The position numbers and the translations under genes were made by a program. DNA of 57,038 bases from Candidatus Udaeobacter sp. (GTDB lineage: Bacteria > Eisenbacteria > RBG-16-71-46): the NCBI GenBank assembly GCA_035496475.1, contig DATJEP010000021.1, positions 1 through 57,038 on the forward strand, read 5' to 3'. The notes under the pieces were generated by a model, which had not been told where the DNA came from, ran no database searches, and worked only from the letters and a program-made list of their open reading frames with translations. Below, in pieces: positions 44,348 through 54,528 of the stretch (position 1 is the stretch's first letter; each line of letters begins with the position of its first letter).

Positions 44348-44424
44348 TGGTGCGCCCGACAGGAATCGAACCTGTAACCTTTAGCTCCGGAGGCTAACGC
44401 TCTATCCAATTGAGCTACGGGCGC
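44348..44424 (-). tRNA. tRNA-Arg (anticodon CCG), CCA encoded
   Basis: The reverse complement folds by hand into a cloverleaf: acceptor GCGCCCG/CGGGCGC, D arm GCTC/GAGC, anticodon arm TTAGC-CTCCGGA-GCTAA, T arm ACAGG-TTCGATT-CCTGT, and 3' ACCA. Confidence 0.93.
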
Positions 44425-44435
44425 AGCGGGCAGCG

Positions 44436-44464
44436 TTTATAGCACAGCGCGAACGCGCGCGTCA
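44436..44464 (-). promoter_or_regulatory. candidate sigma-70 promoter for tRNA-Arg
   Basis: On the - strand: TGACGC, a 17-nt spacer, then TATAAA, ending 11 nt before the mature tRNA 5' end. Confidence 0.35.
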
Positions 44465-44504
44465 CTCGGCGGACGCGGCGTTCGATCCTCGCGCCGTCGC
44501 CACT

Positions 44505-45326
44505 TCATCGCGGGCGCGGGCGCCGCAGCGCGCGCGAGACCGGCACCGAGCCGTGAATGACCACCGGGCTCGAGACCCGGATCGAGTCCATTCCGCTCGC
44601 GCGGATCACGCCCTGCGTCAGGGACGACGCGGGTGAGCCCGGCCCCGCGATCCGGAGCTCGTCTCCGGTCACCGTGCTGTCGCGAGCGCTCGCGGCGTGG
44701 CGAATCCGGATCTGGGTCGGCTTGTCGTACCGCCAGATCAGCTGAAGACCGCCCATCGGCTGCAGCTCGCCGCGCACGCCGTCCGGCCAGTCCCCGACCT
44801 CGGCGATCTCGCCGGTGGGACGCGAGTCCGACTGCCAGACCACGCTGCCATGATCGGCCACGACGACCCCGACGCGCGGGTTGAGGGTCTTCGGCAGCGA
44901 CGCCGACACGGCAAGGTACGCGATCGCGGGCTTCTTCGGCACCACGTGCGTGACGCGGACGCTGAGCGGCGAGAGTGCTCCCTCGCGCGTCGCGTTCCCG
45001 ATCACCCGCGCGCTCGACGAGCTCACGCGGGCGAGCGCTTCCAGCCAGGGGCCCGTCACCCCCTCCCGCACCGACGGGTCGAGATCGAGCGAGAACGAGC
45101 GGGCAGGCGATACGGCAAGGGAGGCGCCGAATTCCGTCGAGGCCGGTTCGGCCGGAAGAACGGTGCGAATCGTATCGGAGTCGGTTCGCGCATCGAGCAG
45201 GCTGTGCGCCAGCGGGCAGAGATCGATGCCGTTCAGCGGGCGGCAGGGCTCGGCCCGGCCGACGGCGGCGCCGGCAACCAGGGTCAGGAGCAGGACACCG
45301 AAACGGATCCATCGGCCGTTCATCAT
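44505..45326 (-). CDS. hypothetical secreted protein
   Basis: N-terminal signal-like MMNGRWIRFGVLLLTLVAGAAVGRA and GGAGG before the ATG. No recognisable motif. Occupies the slot after trpB. Confidence 0.45.
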   Translation of the reverse strand: MMNGRWIRFGVLLLTLVAGAAVGRAEPCRPLNGIDLCPLAHSLLDARTDSDTIRTVLPAEPASTEFGASLAVSPARSFSLDLDPSVREGVTGPWLEALARVSSSSARVIGNATREGALSPLSVRVTHVVPKKPAIAYLAVSASLPKTLNPRVGVVVADHGSVVWQSDSRPTGEIAEVGDWPDGVRGELQPMGGLQLIWRYDKPTQIRIRHAASARDSTVTGDELRIAGPGSPASSLTQGVIRASGMDSIRVSSPVVIHGSVPVSRALRRPRPR

Positions 45327-45407
45327 CTACCTCCCGGCCGGGACATGCCGGCCCACGCGGCCGTGAACGACGTCGTGGCTCGATCCACTCCGTCGTGAAG
45401 CCCGGCC

Positions 45408-46625
45408 TCAACCGCGGCCGAGCACCCTCAGCACCTCGCTCACGTCCTTGTCGCCGCGTCCCGACAGATTCACGATCAGTCGGGCCTTGCGCGGGAACGT
45501 TCTGCCTTCACGCAGCACCCAGGCGATCGCGTGCGCGCTCTCGAGTGCCGGCAGGATGCCCTCGAGACGCGACAGCTGCTGAAACGCCTCGAGCGCCTCC
45601 GCGTCGGTGGCCGACGAGTATTCCGCCAGGCCCTGCGACGCCAGCCAGGCGTGCTCGGGGCCGAGCGCGGGATAGTCGAGTCCGGCCGACACCGAGTGCG
45701 TCTCGCGGATCATCCCCTGCTCGTCCTGGAGCACGAGCGTACGCGTGCCGTGCAGCACGCCGACGCTCTGCTCGGCCATGCGAGCGGCGTGCTTCCCGCT
45801 TGCGATGCCGTGGCCGCCGGCCTCGACGCCGATCTTTCGCACCTCGCGGTCGCCGAGGAACGCATGGAAGAGTCCGATCGCGTTGCTCCCACCCCCCACG
45901 CACGCGACCAGCGCGGCCGGCGATCCTCCGGCCTGCTCGGCGAACTGTGCCCGCGCTTCCTCTCCGATCACGCGATGAAAATCACGCACCATCATCGGGA
46001 AGGGGTGCGGCCCCAGCACCGAGCCCAGCACGTAGTGCGTGTCGCGAACCCGGGTGACCCAGTCGCGCAGCGCCTCGTTGATGGCGTCCTTCAGCGTGCG
46101 ACTGCCGGCGTCGACACCGCGCACCTCGGCGCCGAGCAGCTTCATGCGCTCGACGTTGAGATGCTGCCGCCGCATGTCCTCGACTCCCATGTACACGCAG
46201 CACTCGAGCCCGAAGCGCGCCGCCGCCGCCGCGGTCGCGACGCCATGCTGCCCGGCGCCGGTCTCGGCGATGACCCGCGGCTTGCCCATCCGCCGCGCCA
46301 GCAGGCACTGGCCGATCGTGTTGTTGATCTTGTGCGCGCCGGTGTGAAGCAGATCCTCGCGCTTGAGGAACACGCGGCAGCCCGCGGCCTCGGAGAGGCG
46401 CGGCGCTTCGATCAACGGCGTCGGCCGCCCGGCGAAATCCCGCAGCTCCGCGGCCAGCAGTTTCTGGAAGGCCGGATCGGAGCGCGCACGGCGGTATTCG
46501 GATTCGAGCTGATCGAGCGCGACGATCAGGGTCTCGGGGACGAAGCGGCCGCCATAGGGTCCGAAGTGTCCGGTGGCGTCGGGGGCCGTGGCCGCGGCCG
46601 CGTCGGTCAAGCGCGGCGGGGTCAT
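45408..46625 (-). CDS. trpB: tryptophan synthase beta chain (TrpB1 type)
   Basis: [22 protein letters not shown] (PLP Lys), and [12 protein letters not shown]. Confidence 0.96.
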   Translation of the reverse strand: MTPPRLTDAAAATAPDATGHFGPYGGRFVPETLIVALDQLESEYRRARSDPAFQKLLAAELRDFAGRPTPLIEAPRLSEAAGCRVFLKREDLLHTGAHKINNTIGQCLLARRMGKPRVIAETGAGQHGVATAAAAARFGLECCVYMGVEDMRRQHLNVERMKLLGAEVRGVDAGSRTLKDAINEALRDWVTRVRDTHYVLGSVLGPHPFPMMVRDFHRVIGEEARAQFAEQAGGSPAALVACVGGGSNAIGLFHAFLGDREVRKIGVEAGGHGIASGKHAARMAEQSVGVLHGTRTLVLQDEQGMIRETHSVSAGLDYPALGPEHAWLASQGLAEYSSATDAEALEAFQQLSRLEGILPALESAHAIAWVLREGRTFPRKARLIVNLSGRGDKDVSEVLRVLGRG

Positions 46626-47281
46626 GGGCGCCGTCCACGCACGCGAATTTCGACGTCACGCACCGCGCTCACGAAGCGCCGCACGCGCCCGGCATCCTTG
46701 ATCCCGGGCTGGCTCTCCAGCCGCGACGATGCGTCCACGCCGTAGGGATTCACGCGCTCGATCGCCTCGGCGACGTTGTCAGGTCCGAGCCCCCCGGCGA
46801 GCAGCACCGCGCGCGCTCCCGCCACGGCGATCGCGGCGTCCCAGGGAAACGTCTCTCCCGTTCCGCCCGCGCGATGCGGGTGGGCGCTGTCGAGCATGAG
46901 CAGGTGGCGGGGGTCGGGCAGCGGCGATGGGATCCCGCGGTCGCTCCCGACCGGAACCACGATCGCGGCGGGCAGCGGGAACTCCGCCGGCCACGTGATC
47001 GGCGGGCGATGGATCTGGACGCGCTGGACTCCGGCGCGCGTCGCGATCGCGAGCGCTTCTTCGGGCGTGACGCCGACCATCACCGCGACGCGCGTCAGCT
47101 CGGGAACGGCGGCGCCGATCTCGGCAGCCTGTTCCGGAGTGATTCGGCGCGGACTCTCGCCGTGGACGATGAAGCCGATCCAGTCGGCGCCGGCGTCCCG
47201 GGCCACGCGGGCATCCTCGATCCGCGTGATGCCGCAGACCTTGACGATGGTCCGGGCCAGGGGCCGCCGCGTCTCGATCAC
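46622..47281 (-). CDS. trpF: phosphoribosylanthranilate isomerase
   Basis: [12 protein letters not shown]...GADWIGFIV...[15 protein letters not shown] overlap with trpB. Confidence 0.9.
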   Translation of the reverse strand: MIETRRPLARTIVKVCGITRIEDARVARDAGADWIGFIVHGESPRRITPEQAAEIGAAVPELTRVAVMVGVTPEEALAIATRAGVQRVQIHRPPITWPAEFPLPAAIVVPVGSDRGIPSPLPDPRHLLMLDSAHPHRAGGTGETFPWDAAIAVAGARAVLLAGGLGPDNVAEAIERVNPYGVDASSRLESQPGIKDAGRVRRFVSAVRDVEIRVRGRRP

Positions 47282-47282
47282 G

Positions 47283-48095
47283 TCAGCCCCGCGCGGCGGC
47301 GATCAGCGTGCCGAGCGCGGCGCCGGGGTCGCCGCTCTTCATCAGCACCTCTCCCATCAGCACCGCGTCGCAGCGTGTGGCGCGGAGGCGCGCGAGGTCC
47401 TCGGGCGTCGAGATCCCGCTCTCGGCCACCGCGGTCACCATCGGCGGAACCAGCGGCAGCAAGTCGAGCGCGGTCTCGAGCCGCACTTCGAAGGTCCGGA
47501 GGTCGCGGTTGTTGACGCCGACCAGCGTCGCGCCGGAGCGCAGCGCCACGCGCAGCTCGGCGGCGGTGTGGACCTCGACCAGGCAGTCGAGGCCGACCAG
47601 GCGCGCCTCGGTGATCAGACGCTGGAGCTGGGTCTCCGAGAGCAGCGCCGCGATGAGGAGGATGCCATCGGCGCCGCGCACCGCGGCGTCGAGGATCTGG
47701 TACGAGTCGAGCATGAAATCCTTGAGCAGGATCGGGATCGTGACCTGTGGACGCACCGCGTTCACCCACTCGAGCTCGCCCTGGAAATGATCCGGCTCGG
47801 TCACGATCGAGATCGCCGAGGCGCCCGAGCGCTGGTAGAGCGTCGCCATCGCCACCGGATCGAGATCGGCGCGGAGCACGCCGCGCGAAGGCGACGCGCG
47901 CTTGATCTCGCACAGCAGCTTGAGCGGAGCGCCGGCGCCGCTGCGGCGGAGCGCGCGCTCGAGCCGGCCGGCCGGCTGGATCCGCGGCAGCCGCTCGCGC
48001 AGGCGATGGGCCGGCTGAGCGACCTGCAGCGCCGCGATGCGCCGGCGCCGGTCGTCGGCGATGCGCGACAGGAAATCGGTCCGGCTCGCGCTCAT
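47283..48095 (-). CDS. trpC: indole-3-glycerol-phosphate synthase
   Basis: CEIKRASPSRG...ISIVTEP..F.G......PILLKDF...VGVNNRDLRTFEV. Confidence 0.93.
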   Translation of the reverse strand: MSASRTDFLSRIADDRRRRIAALQVAQPAHRLRERLPRIQPAGRLERALRRSGAGAPLKLLCEIKRASPSRGVLRADLDPVAMATLYQRSGASAISIVTEPDHFQGELEWVNAVRPQVTIPILLKDFMLDSYQILDAAVRGADGILLIAALLSETQLQRLITEARLVGLDCLVEVHTAAELRVALRSGATLVGVNNRDLRTFEVRLETALDLLPLVPPMVTAVAESGISTPEDLARLRATRCDAVLMGEVLMKSGDPGAALGTLIAAARG

Positions 48096-48772
48096 TCCGC
48101 CGCTCCGCGCCGCACCACCAGAGTTCCCGCCAGCATGTCGTGGAGCGCCTGACGGCGCGCCGTGAACGGCTGCACGAGATAGCCGATGAAGAGGATCAGC
48201 TTGGAGAGCAGCTTGCCGAAGAAGCGGCCGGTGGCGCGGGCGAACGAAATGCGGCGGCCCTCGAGGTCGGTGACCTTGATGTTGAGCGCCATCTTGCCGA
48301 GCGTGGCCTGCAGCTTCGAGCTCTCGAGCGTCGCCGAGTAGATCCAGTTGATCAGTGTGCCGATCGCGACCGATGCCATCGACACGCGCATCAGCGTGAG
48401 GATGTCGTCGAAGCTCGGCTCGTCCTGATTCAGGATCCCGAAGATCGGCACCCGCAGCATGAGATTGATCGGGAACATGAAGAAGGTGAGGATCAGCCCG
48501 TCGATCACGACCGCGACGAATCGCCGCCAGAATCCGGCGTAGGGAGCGACCGGCGGGACCACGACCACCGCCGGCGATGCGGCGCGATCCGCCGCTCCCG
48601 TCGATGGCGGCGGAGGTCCGGCCGCGGCGGATGTCGAGGACACGCGCGGATCATCGGAGACCGGAGCCGGCCCCATCGCCGCGACCGGCGCGCCCGAGGG
48701 GGCCGGAGCGCCGCAGCGCGGACAGAATCCGGCGTTCTCGGGCAGAGCGGACCCGCAGCGAGTGCAGAACAC
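48092..48772 (-). CDS. zinc-ribbon + RDD-family membrane protein embedded in the trp operon
   Basis: MFCTRCGSALPENAGFCPRCGAP (double CxxC), a Pro/Ala linker, then an RDD-type core (FWRRFVAVVIDGLIL...ARRQALHDMLAGTLVV). ATGA overlap with trpC. Confidence 0.8.
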   Translation of the reverse strand: MFCTRCGSALPENAGFCPRCGAPAPSGAPVAAMGPAPVSDDPRVSSTSAAAGPPPPSTGAADRAASPAVVVVPPVAPYAGFWRRFVAVVIDGLILTFFMFPINLMLRVPIFGILNQDEPSFDDILTLMRVSMASVAIGTLINWIYSATLESSKLQATLGKMALNIKVTDLEGRRISFARATGRFFGKLLSKLILFIGYLVQPFTARRQALHDMLAGTLVVRRGAAE

Positions 48773-48808
48773 GATCGCCTCCCCGCCGCGCGAAGCGGCT
48801 CGGATGCT

Positions 48809-49816
48809 TCAGTCTCGAAACGCGGCCAGCTCGGCCAGCTTCGCCGCGGCGGCGCCGCGGTCAATCGCCTCGGCCGCACGCGCCACGCCCGACTCCAGCG
48901 TATCGCATACGCCGCCCGCGACGAGAGCGGCCGCGGTATTGAGAAGGACGATGCTGCGGGCCGGCCCCTGCTCGCCCGCGAGCACGGCGCGCACGCGCGC
49001 GGCGTTCTCGGCCGCGACGCCGCCCTGGATGCCGTCGCGATCCTGGTGCGCCAGACCATGCGCCGCCGGATCGACCTCGAATTCGCGGATCTCTCCGTCG
49101 CGCAGCTCGGCGACGTGGCTCTTGTCGAACACCGTGAGCTCGTCGAGCCCGTCGCGCCCGTGCACCACCCAGGCGCGCTCGCTGCCGAGCATGCGCAGCA
49201 CTTCGGCGACCGGACGCACCAGGCTGTCCGAGAACACGCCGAGCAGCTGCCGCGACGCGCCGGCCGGATTGGTGAGCGGGCCGAGCACGTTGAAGACGGT
49301 GCGCACGCCGATCTCGCGCCGCGGTCCGGCCGCGTGGCGCAGGCTGGCGTGGTAGTTCGGCGCGAACAGGAAGGTGATGCCGACGAGATCGAGCGATCGT
49401 GCCGCGCTCTCCGGCGTGAGATCGATCCGGACGCCGAGCGACTCCAGCACGTCGGCGCTGCCGGTGCGGCTCGACACCGCGCGGTTGCCGTGCTTCGCCA
49501 CCGCGATCCCGCAGGCGGCGGTGACGATCGCGACCGTCGTCGAGATGTTGAAGGTGTGAGCGTTGTCGCCGCCGGTGCCGCACGTGTCGATCAGGGGGCT
49601 GCGGCGCGTGCGTATCGGCGGCACGCGCCGGCGCATCGCCATCGCCATGCCGGCGATCTCCTCCGGAGTCTCTTCCTTCATCCGCAGCGCCACCGCGAGC
49701 GCCGCGATCTGCGCCGCGGTCGCCTCGCCGTTCAGGATCTGCTCCATCGCCGTGGTGGCGAGGTCGCGTGACAGCGGCTCCTTCAGCACCGCGCGCGCGA
49801 TCGCCGACTGAATCAC
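48809..49816 (-). CDS. trpD: anthranilate phosphoribosyltransferase
   Basis: [19 protein letters not shown]...[21 protein letters not shown] overlap with the trpG stop. Confidence 0.93.
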   Translation of the reverse strand: MIQSAIARAVLKEPLSRDLATTAMEQILNGEATAAQIAALAVALRMKEETPEEIAGMAMAMRRRVPPIRTRRSPLIDTCGTGGDNAHTFNISTTVAIVTAACGIAVAKHGNRAVSSRTGSADVLESLGVRIDLTPESAARSLDLVGITFLFAPNYHASLRHAAGPRREIGVRTVFNVLGPLTNPAGASRQLLGVFSDSLVRPVAEVLRMLGSERAWVVHGRDGLDELTVFDKSHVAELRDGEIREFEVDPAAHGLAHQDRDGIQGGVAAENAARVRAVLAGEQGPARSIVLLNTAAALVAGGVCDTLESGVARAAEAIDRGAAAAKLAELAAFRD

Positions 49817-50400
49817 CGCGCCACCTTCTGCTGCCGGCACAGCGTGAGGAAGTTCTCGATCAGGCGCAGGCCCGGCCGCGTCAGCACCGACTCGGGGTGG
49901 AACTGCACGCCCCAGGTCTCGTGGTCGCGGTGCTTGAGCGCCATGATCTCGCCCTCGGGCGTCCACGCCGTGACTTCGAGCACGTCGGGCAGGCCGTCGC
50001 GCTCGACGATCAGGGAGTGGTAGCGCGTGGCCTCGAACGGATTGTCGAGACCGGCGAAGATTCCGCGGCCGCGATGCAGGATCGGGCTGGTCTTGCCGTG
50101 CATGAGCCGCGGCGCGCGCACGATCCTGCCGCCATAGACCTCGCCGATCGCCTGGTGGCCGAGGCAGACGCCGAGCACCGGCACCTGCCCCGCCAGCTTG
50201 CGCACGGCCTCTTCCGAGATCCCGGCGTCGCGCGGCTCGCCGGGCCCGGGCGAGATCAGCAGTCCCTCGAGAGGCTTGCGCGCCAGCGCGGCGACGTCGA
50301 TGGCGTCGTTGCGATAGACCTCGATCGTCGCGCCCAGCGTGCCGAGGTACTGAACGAGGTTGTAGGTGAAGGAATCGTAGTTGTCGATGACCGCGATCAT
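49813..50400 (-). CDS. trpG: anthranilate synthase component II (glutamine amidotransferase)
   Basis: [19 protein letters not shown]...[10 protein letters not shown]...VQFHPES. Confidence 0.95.
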   Translation of the reverse strand: MIAVIDNYDSFTYNLVQYLGTLGATIEVYRNDAIDVAALARKPLEGLLISPGPGEPRDAGISEEAVRKLAGQVPVLGVCLGHQAIGEVYGGRIVRAPRLMHGKTSPILHRGRGIFAGLDNPFEATRYHSLIVERDGLPDVLEVTAWTPEGEIMALKHRDHETWGVQFHPESVLTRPGLRLIENFLTLCRQQKVAR

Positions 50401-51863
50401 GGACGTCCCTGCTCCGCGCGCTCGACCGCCAGCCACAGCGCACGGCCCTTGTTCAGGGTCTCCTCCCACTCCATCGCCGGATCCGAGTCCGCGACGATGC
50501 CCGCCCCCGCGCCCCAGTAGGCGCGTCCGTTGGCGTAGACCAGCGTGCGGATCGCGATCGCGAGATCGAGGTTCCCATGATAGTCGAAATGCCCGACCGC
50601 GCCCGCATACACGCCGCGGCGCAGCGGCTCGAGCGACTCGATGATCTCCATCGCCCGCACCTTGGGGGCTCCGGACACCGTGCCGGCCGGGAAGCAGGCG
50701 CGCACGATGTCGAGCGGCGAAAGATTCGCCCGCACCCGCCCGCGCACGTTCGACACCAGGTGCATGACCTGCGAATAGCGCTCGACCACCATGTACTCGT
50801 TGGTCTCGACCGATCCGTACTCGCTGACCCGCCCGACGTCGTTGCGGCCGAGATCGACCAGCATGACGTGCTCCGCCCGCTCCTTGTCGCTGGCGCGCAG
50901 CTCCTCCTCGAGCCGGCGATCCTCCTCCGGCGTCCGGCCGCGCGGCCGGGTGCCGGCGATCGGGCGCACCTCGACCACCGAATCGGTGCGCCGCACCAGC
51001 ACCTCGGGCGACGATCCGACCAGCGACACGTCGCCGAGCCTGAGGAAATACATGTACGGCGACGGGTTGGTGACGCGCAGCGCGCGATAGGCCTCGAACG
51101 CCGGTCGCGTGACCGGCGCACTCATGCGGTGCGCGAGCACCACCTGGAAGATGTCGCCGGCGCGGATGTGCTCCTTCGCGGTCTCGACCGCGAGCATGAA
51201 GGGATCGCGCTCGAGCGTGGACTCGGGCTCGCCGGGCTTGGCGCCGGACTCGGGCTCGCTCCAGTCGAGCGGCCTCCTCAGTCGCGCGACCTCGGCATCG
51301 AGATGCGCCACCGCGTCGCGATAGCTGGCCTCGGGATCCGATCCGCCGCGCGCGTGGGTCACCACCTTCAGCGTGTGGGTGAGATTGTCGAACACGCTGA
51401 CCACGTCGCCGAACAGGAACACCGCGTCCGGAAGCCCGAGGTCGTCGCGCGTGCGCTCGGGCAGGCGCTCGAACCAGCGCACCGTGTCGTAGCCGAGATA
51501 GCCGACGGCACCGCCGCAGAAGCGCGGCAGGCCGGGCAGCGCGATCGCCTGGTGCTGATCGAGCAGCGCCGCCAACTCCTCCCACGGTTTGCCCTTTCCC
51601 GCGCGAACCGCGCCGCCTTCGTGAATCTCGGAGCGGTCCCCGCGCGCGATGAACACCACCGACGGGCGGCTGCCGAGCAGCGAGTAACGTCCCCACTTCT
51701 CTCCTCCCTCGACGCTCTCGAGCAGGAAAGAATAGGGACCGTCGTCGATCTTCTTGAACGCCGAGACCGGCGTGTCGAAGTCGGCGAAGACCTCGCGATA
51801 GATCGGGACGAGCTTGCCGCCGCGCGCCAGCGTGCCGAACTCCTGAAGCGTCGGGACGATCAT
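50397..51863 (-). CDS. trpE: anthranilate synthase component I
   Basis: [15 protein letters not shown] and a C-terminal chorismate-binding domain ...[17 protein letters not shown]...RGVYAGAVG. Confidence 0.95.
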   Translation of the reverse strand: MIVPTLQEFGTLARGGKLVPIYREVFADFDTPVSAFKKIDDGPYSFLLESVEGGEKWGRYSLLGSRPSVVFIARGDRSEIHEGGAVRAGKGKPWEELAALLDQHQAIALPGLPRFCGGAVGYLGYDTVRWFERLPERTRDDLGLPDAVFLFGDVVSVFDNLTHTLKVVTHARGGSDPEASYRDAVAHLDAEVARLRRPLDWSEPESGAKPGEPESTLERDPFMLAVETAKEHIRAGDIFQVVLAHRMSAPVTRPAFEAYRALRVTNPSPYMYFLRLGDVSLVGSSPEVLVRRTDSVVEVRPIAGTRPRGRTPEEDRRLEEELRASDKERAEHVMLVDLGRNDVGRVSEYGSVETNEYMVVERYSQVMHLVSNVRGRVRANLSPLDIVRACFPAGTVSGAPKVRAMEIIESLEPLRRGVYAGAVGHFDYHGNLDLAIAIRTLVYANGRAYWGAGAGIVADSDPAMEWEETLNKGRALWLAVERAEQGRP

Positions 51864-53653
51864 CGGGAGCCCGCGCGTGACGGCGTTCGGGGCGGACGTC
51901 CGCCGGATTCGGGCGCGTCCATCAGTTCCCGCGCCTGGCGCAGCGTCGTGTCCGTGGCGCGATCGCCGGCCAGCATGCGGGCCAGCTCCTCGATACGCTC
52001 ATCGCCGCGCACGCGCTCGATCCGCGCCGTGGTGCGTCCTCCCTCCACGCGCTTCACGACCCGCAGATGATGACTGGCGAGCGCGGCGATCATGGGCAAG
52101 TGAGTAACACAGAGGATCTGGCGGTGCCGCGCAAGCTTTCGCAGGCGCTCGCCCACCGCGTGGGCGACGGAACCGCCGATCCCAGAATCTACTTCATCGA
52201 AGAGCAGAAGATCAACGCGGTCTTGATCTTCCAGCGCTGACTTGAGAGCCAGCATGACCCTGGAGAGCTCCCCTCCCGAGGCGATCTTCTGGAGCGGACG
52301 CGGCGGCTCGCCGGGGTTCGCGGTGAAGAGGATCGATACCCGATCGACGCCCGCGAGCCCGAAGCTCTCGGCCTCGCGCGCGGATTCCGCGACGGGCGTC
52401 GCGCTCGAGCCGCCGGTCGATTCGTCCGCGGTCGCGGTGCCGCGTCCTTCCGGCTCGACCACGAACTCCAGTCGCGCGGCGGCGAGGCCGAGCGGCCTGA
52501 GGTCGCGCGTCACGCGCACGCTCCATTCGGCCGCGGCGGTGCGCCGCCGGCGCGTCAGCTTGGCGGCGCGATCGCGGCATTCGCGGGCGGCCTCGCGGAC
52601 GCGCTCGTGCGCGCGCTCGAGCGTGCCTTCGGCGTCCTCGCCGCTCGCCAGCTCGTCACGCAGCTCGCTCTGCCACGCGATCAGCTCTTCGATTCCGCGA
52701 CGGTATTTGCGCTGAAGTCGGGACAGCAGCTCGCGCCGCGATTCGATCGATTCGAGCGCGACGGGATCCGCGTCCAGTGCCGACAGGTAGTCGGCGAGCT
52801 GTCGCGCCGCCTCGGCCGCCGCGATCCTCGCCTCTTCGAGCGTGGCGCGCGCCTCGCCGAGACTGGGATCGAGCGCCGCGGCGTGGTCGCATGCGTGCGC
52901 CGCGGCCGAGATGCCGCCGAGCGCGGCGTGATCGCCTTCGCTCAAGCGTTCGAACGCGCCCGCCGCCAGCTCGCGCAGGCGATCGGTGTGCCGCAGGCGG
53001 GCCGATTCGATCTCGAGGCGCTCCTCCTCGCCGGCCACGAGCCTGGCCTGATCGAGCTCGAGCGCGGCGTGCGCGAGGTAGTCGCGGCGCTCCGCGAACG
53101 TGGCGAGCGACTGCTCGAGACGCTCGTGCTCCGCGGCGGCCTCGCGATACGCGGCCAGCGCCTCGCCGTAGTGCCCGCGCTCGGGGCCGAGACCGGCGAG
53201 CCGATCGAGCAGCTCCAGTCCGGCGTCGGCGCGGAGCAGGCTCTGATGCTCGTGCTGACCATGGAGGTCGGCGAGGATCTCGCCGAGCCGGCGGAGCGCG
53301 GCCTGAGTGACCGGCGACTGATTGACGGTGGCGCGGCTGCGGCCGCCACTCTGCACTTCACGGCGAACGATCAGGGCGTCGCCCTCGAGCTCGACCGACC
53401 ACGAGGCGAGCAGCTCGCCGATTCGCTTCGCGTTCTCGCCGGCGAGACGGAACTCTCCTTCGACGATGGTGACGGTCGCGCCCTCGCGCACCACGTCGGC
53501 GTCGGCCTTGCCACCGACCAGCAGATGAATCGCCTGAACCAGCAGGGTCTTGCCCGCGCCGGTCTCCCCCGTCACCACGTTGAGGCCGGGCTCGAGCGAC
53601 AACTCGGCTTCCTCGACCAGCGCGAGGTCCTTGATCCGGATGCGCTCGAGCAT
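51860..53653 (-). CDS. recN: DNA repair protein RecN
   Basis: [36 protein letters not shown], a long coiled coil, and C-terminal [14 protein letters not shown]...[12 protein letters not shown]. Its stop overlaps the trpE ATG. Confidence 0.93.
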   Translation of the reverse strand: MLERIRIKDLALVEEAELSLEPGLNVVTGETGAGKTLLVQAIHLLVGGKADADVVREGATVTIVEGEFRLAGENAKRIGELLASWSVELEGDALIVRREVQSGGRSRATVNQSPVTQAALRRLGEILADLHGQHEHQSLLRADAGLELLDRLAGLGPERGHYGEALAAYREAAAEHERLEQSLATFAERRDYLAHAALELDQARLVAGEEERLEIESARLRHTDRLRELAAGAFERLSEGDHAALGGISAAAHACDHAAALDPSLGEARATLEEARIAAAEAARQLADYLSALDADPVALESIESRRELLSRLQRKYRRGIEELIAWQSELRDELASGEDAEGTLERAHERVREAARECRDRAAKLTRRRRTAAAEWSVRVTRDLRPLGLAAARLEFVVEPEGRGTATADESTGGSSATPVAESAREAESFGLAGVDRVSILFTANPGEPPRPLQKIASGGELSRVMLALKSALEDQDRVDLLLFDEVDSGIGGSVAHAVGERLRKLARHRQILCVTHLPMIAALASHHLRVVKRVEGGRTTARIERVRGDERIEELARMLAGDRATDTTLRQARELMDAPESGGRPPRTPSRAGSR

Positions 53654-54528
53654 CAGAGGCTGCGGCGGGCGCTGCCCTGCCAGCCGAGCTTGGCGTGGAG
53701 CGCGCGCAGGAACGGCCGGCCGGGATTCTCGTAGACGCGAACGGTCTGACGCGCCACCTTGAGATCGACGATGTCGCCGGGCTCGAGCGCGCGCGGCTGC
53801 TGGCCGTCGCAGACCAGCAGCGCGGCGCCGGGGCCGAGCACGCGAACGCTGACCACCGAGCGCGGTCCGAGGACGAGCGAGCGGCTGCCGAGCGCGTGCG
53901 GGCACGCCGGCGTCACCACCATCGCGGCCACGTCGGGCGCCAGCACCGGACCTCCGGCCGAGAGCGAATAGGCGGTCGAGCCCGCGCTGCTGGCGGCAAT
54001 CAGCCCGTCGGCGACCAGGTGTCCGAGGTCATAGCCGAGCGCGTGGAGCCGCATGTGGAGCGCGGCGTAGCTGGTCTCGCTGCGCACCACGGCGTCGTTG
54101 AGCGCGAACGCCCGCGCCACCACGCGCCGGCGCCGGCGCACCACCGCCTGAATGCCGCTGCGCGTCGCGGTCTTCCAGCGGCCGGCGAGCACGGCGCGCA
54201 CCGCGAGATCGAGATCACGCGCCTCCGCCGCGGCGAGAAAACCGAGGCCGCCGAGATTCACGGGCAGGAGCGCGCCGCGCTTTCCCGCCAGCGCGCGTCC
54301 GGCGGTGAGCACGGTGCCGTCGCCGCCGAGCGAGATCATCAGCTGACACCAGCGCGCGATCTCGGCCAGCGAGGCGCCGGGGATGCCGATGCGGCGGCCG
54401 AGCTCGGCCTCGACCCGCACGCGAATGCCGCGGCGCTCGAGCGAGCGCACCAGACGCCGAGCCTCGCGCCTCACTCCGGCGCGATCGAGATGGCCGAGGA
54501 GGGCGACGCGGCGAATCGCGCGGCTCAT
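53653..54528 (-). CDS. nadK: NAD kinase
   Basis: ISLGGDGTVL, NLGGLGFL, and STAYSLSAGGPV motifs. TGATG overlap with recN. Confidence 0.92.
   Translation of the reverse strand: MSRAIRRVALLGHLDRAGVRREARRLVRSLERRGIRVRVEAELGRRIGIPGASLAEIARWCQLMISLGGDGTVLTAGRALAGKRGALLPVNLGGLGFLAAAEARDLDLAVRAVLAGRWKTATRSGIQAVVRRRRRVVARAFALNDAVVRSETSYAALHMRLHALGYDLGHLVADGLIAASSAGSTAYSLSAGGPVLAPDVAAMVVTPACPHALGSRSLVLGPRSVVSVRVLGPGAALLVCDGQQPRALEPGDIVDLKVARQTVRVYENPGRPFLRALHAKLGWQGSARRSL

Noticed and set aside
44437-45411. 324-aa - strand ORF after trpB, considered as a possible trpA.
   Set aside because: The translation is extremely Arg/Pro/Gly-rich with no TrpA motifs. It is a shadow of the 44505-45326 frame, which has a signal peptide and a GGAGG-ATG start.
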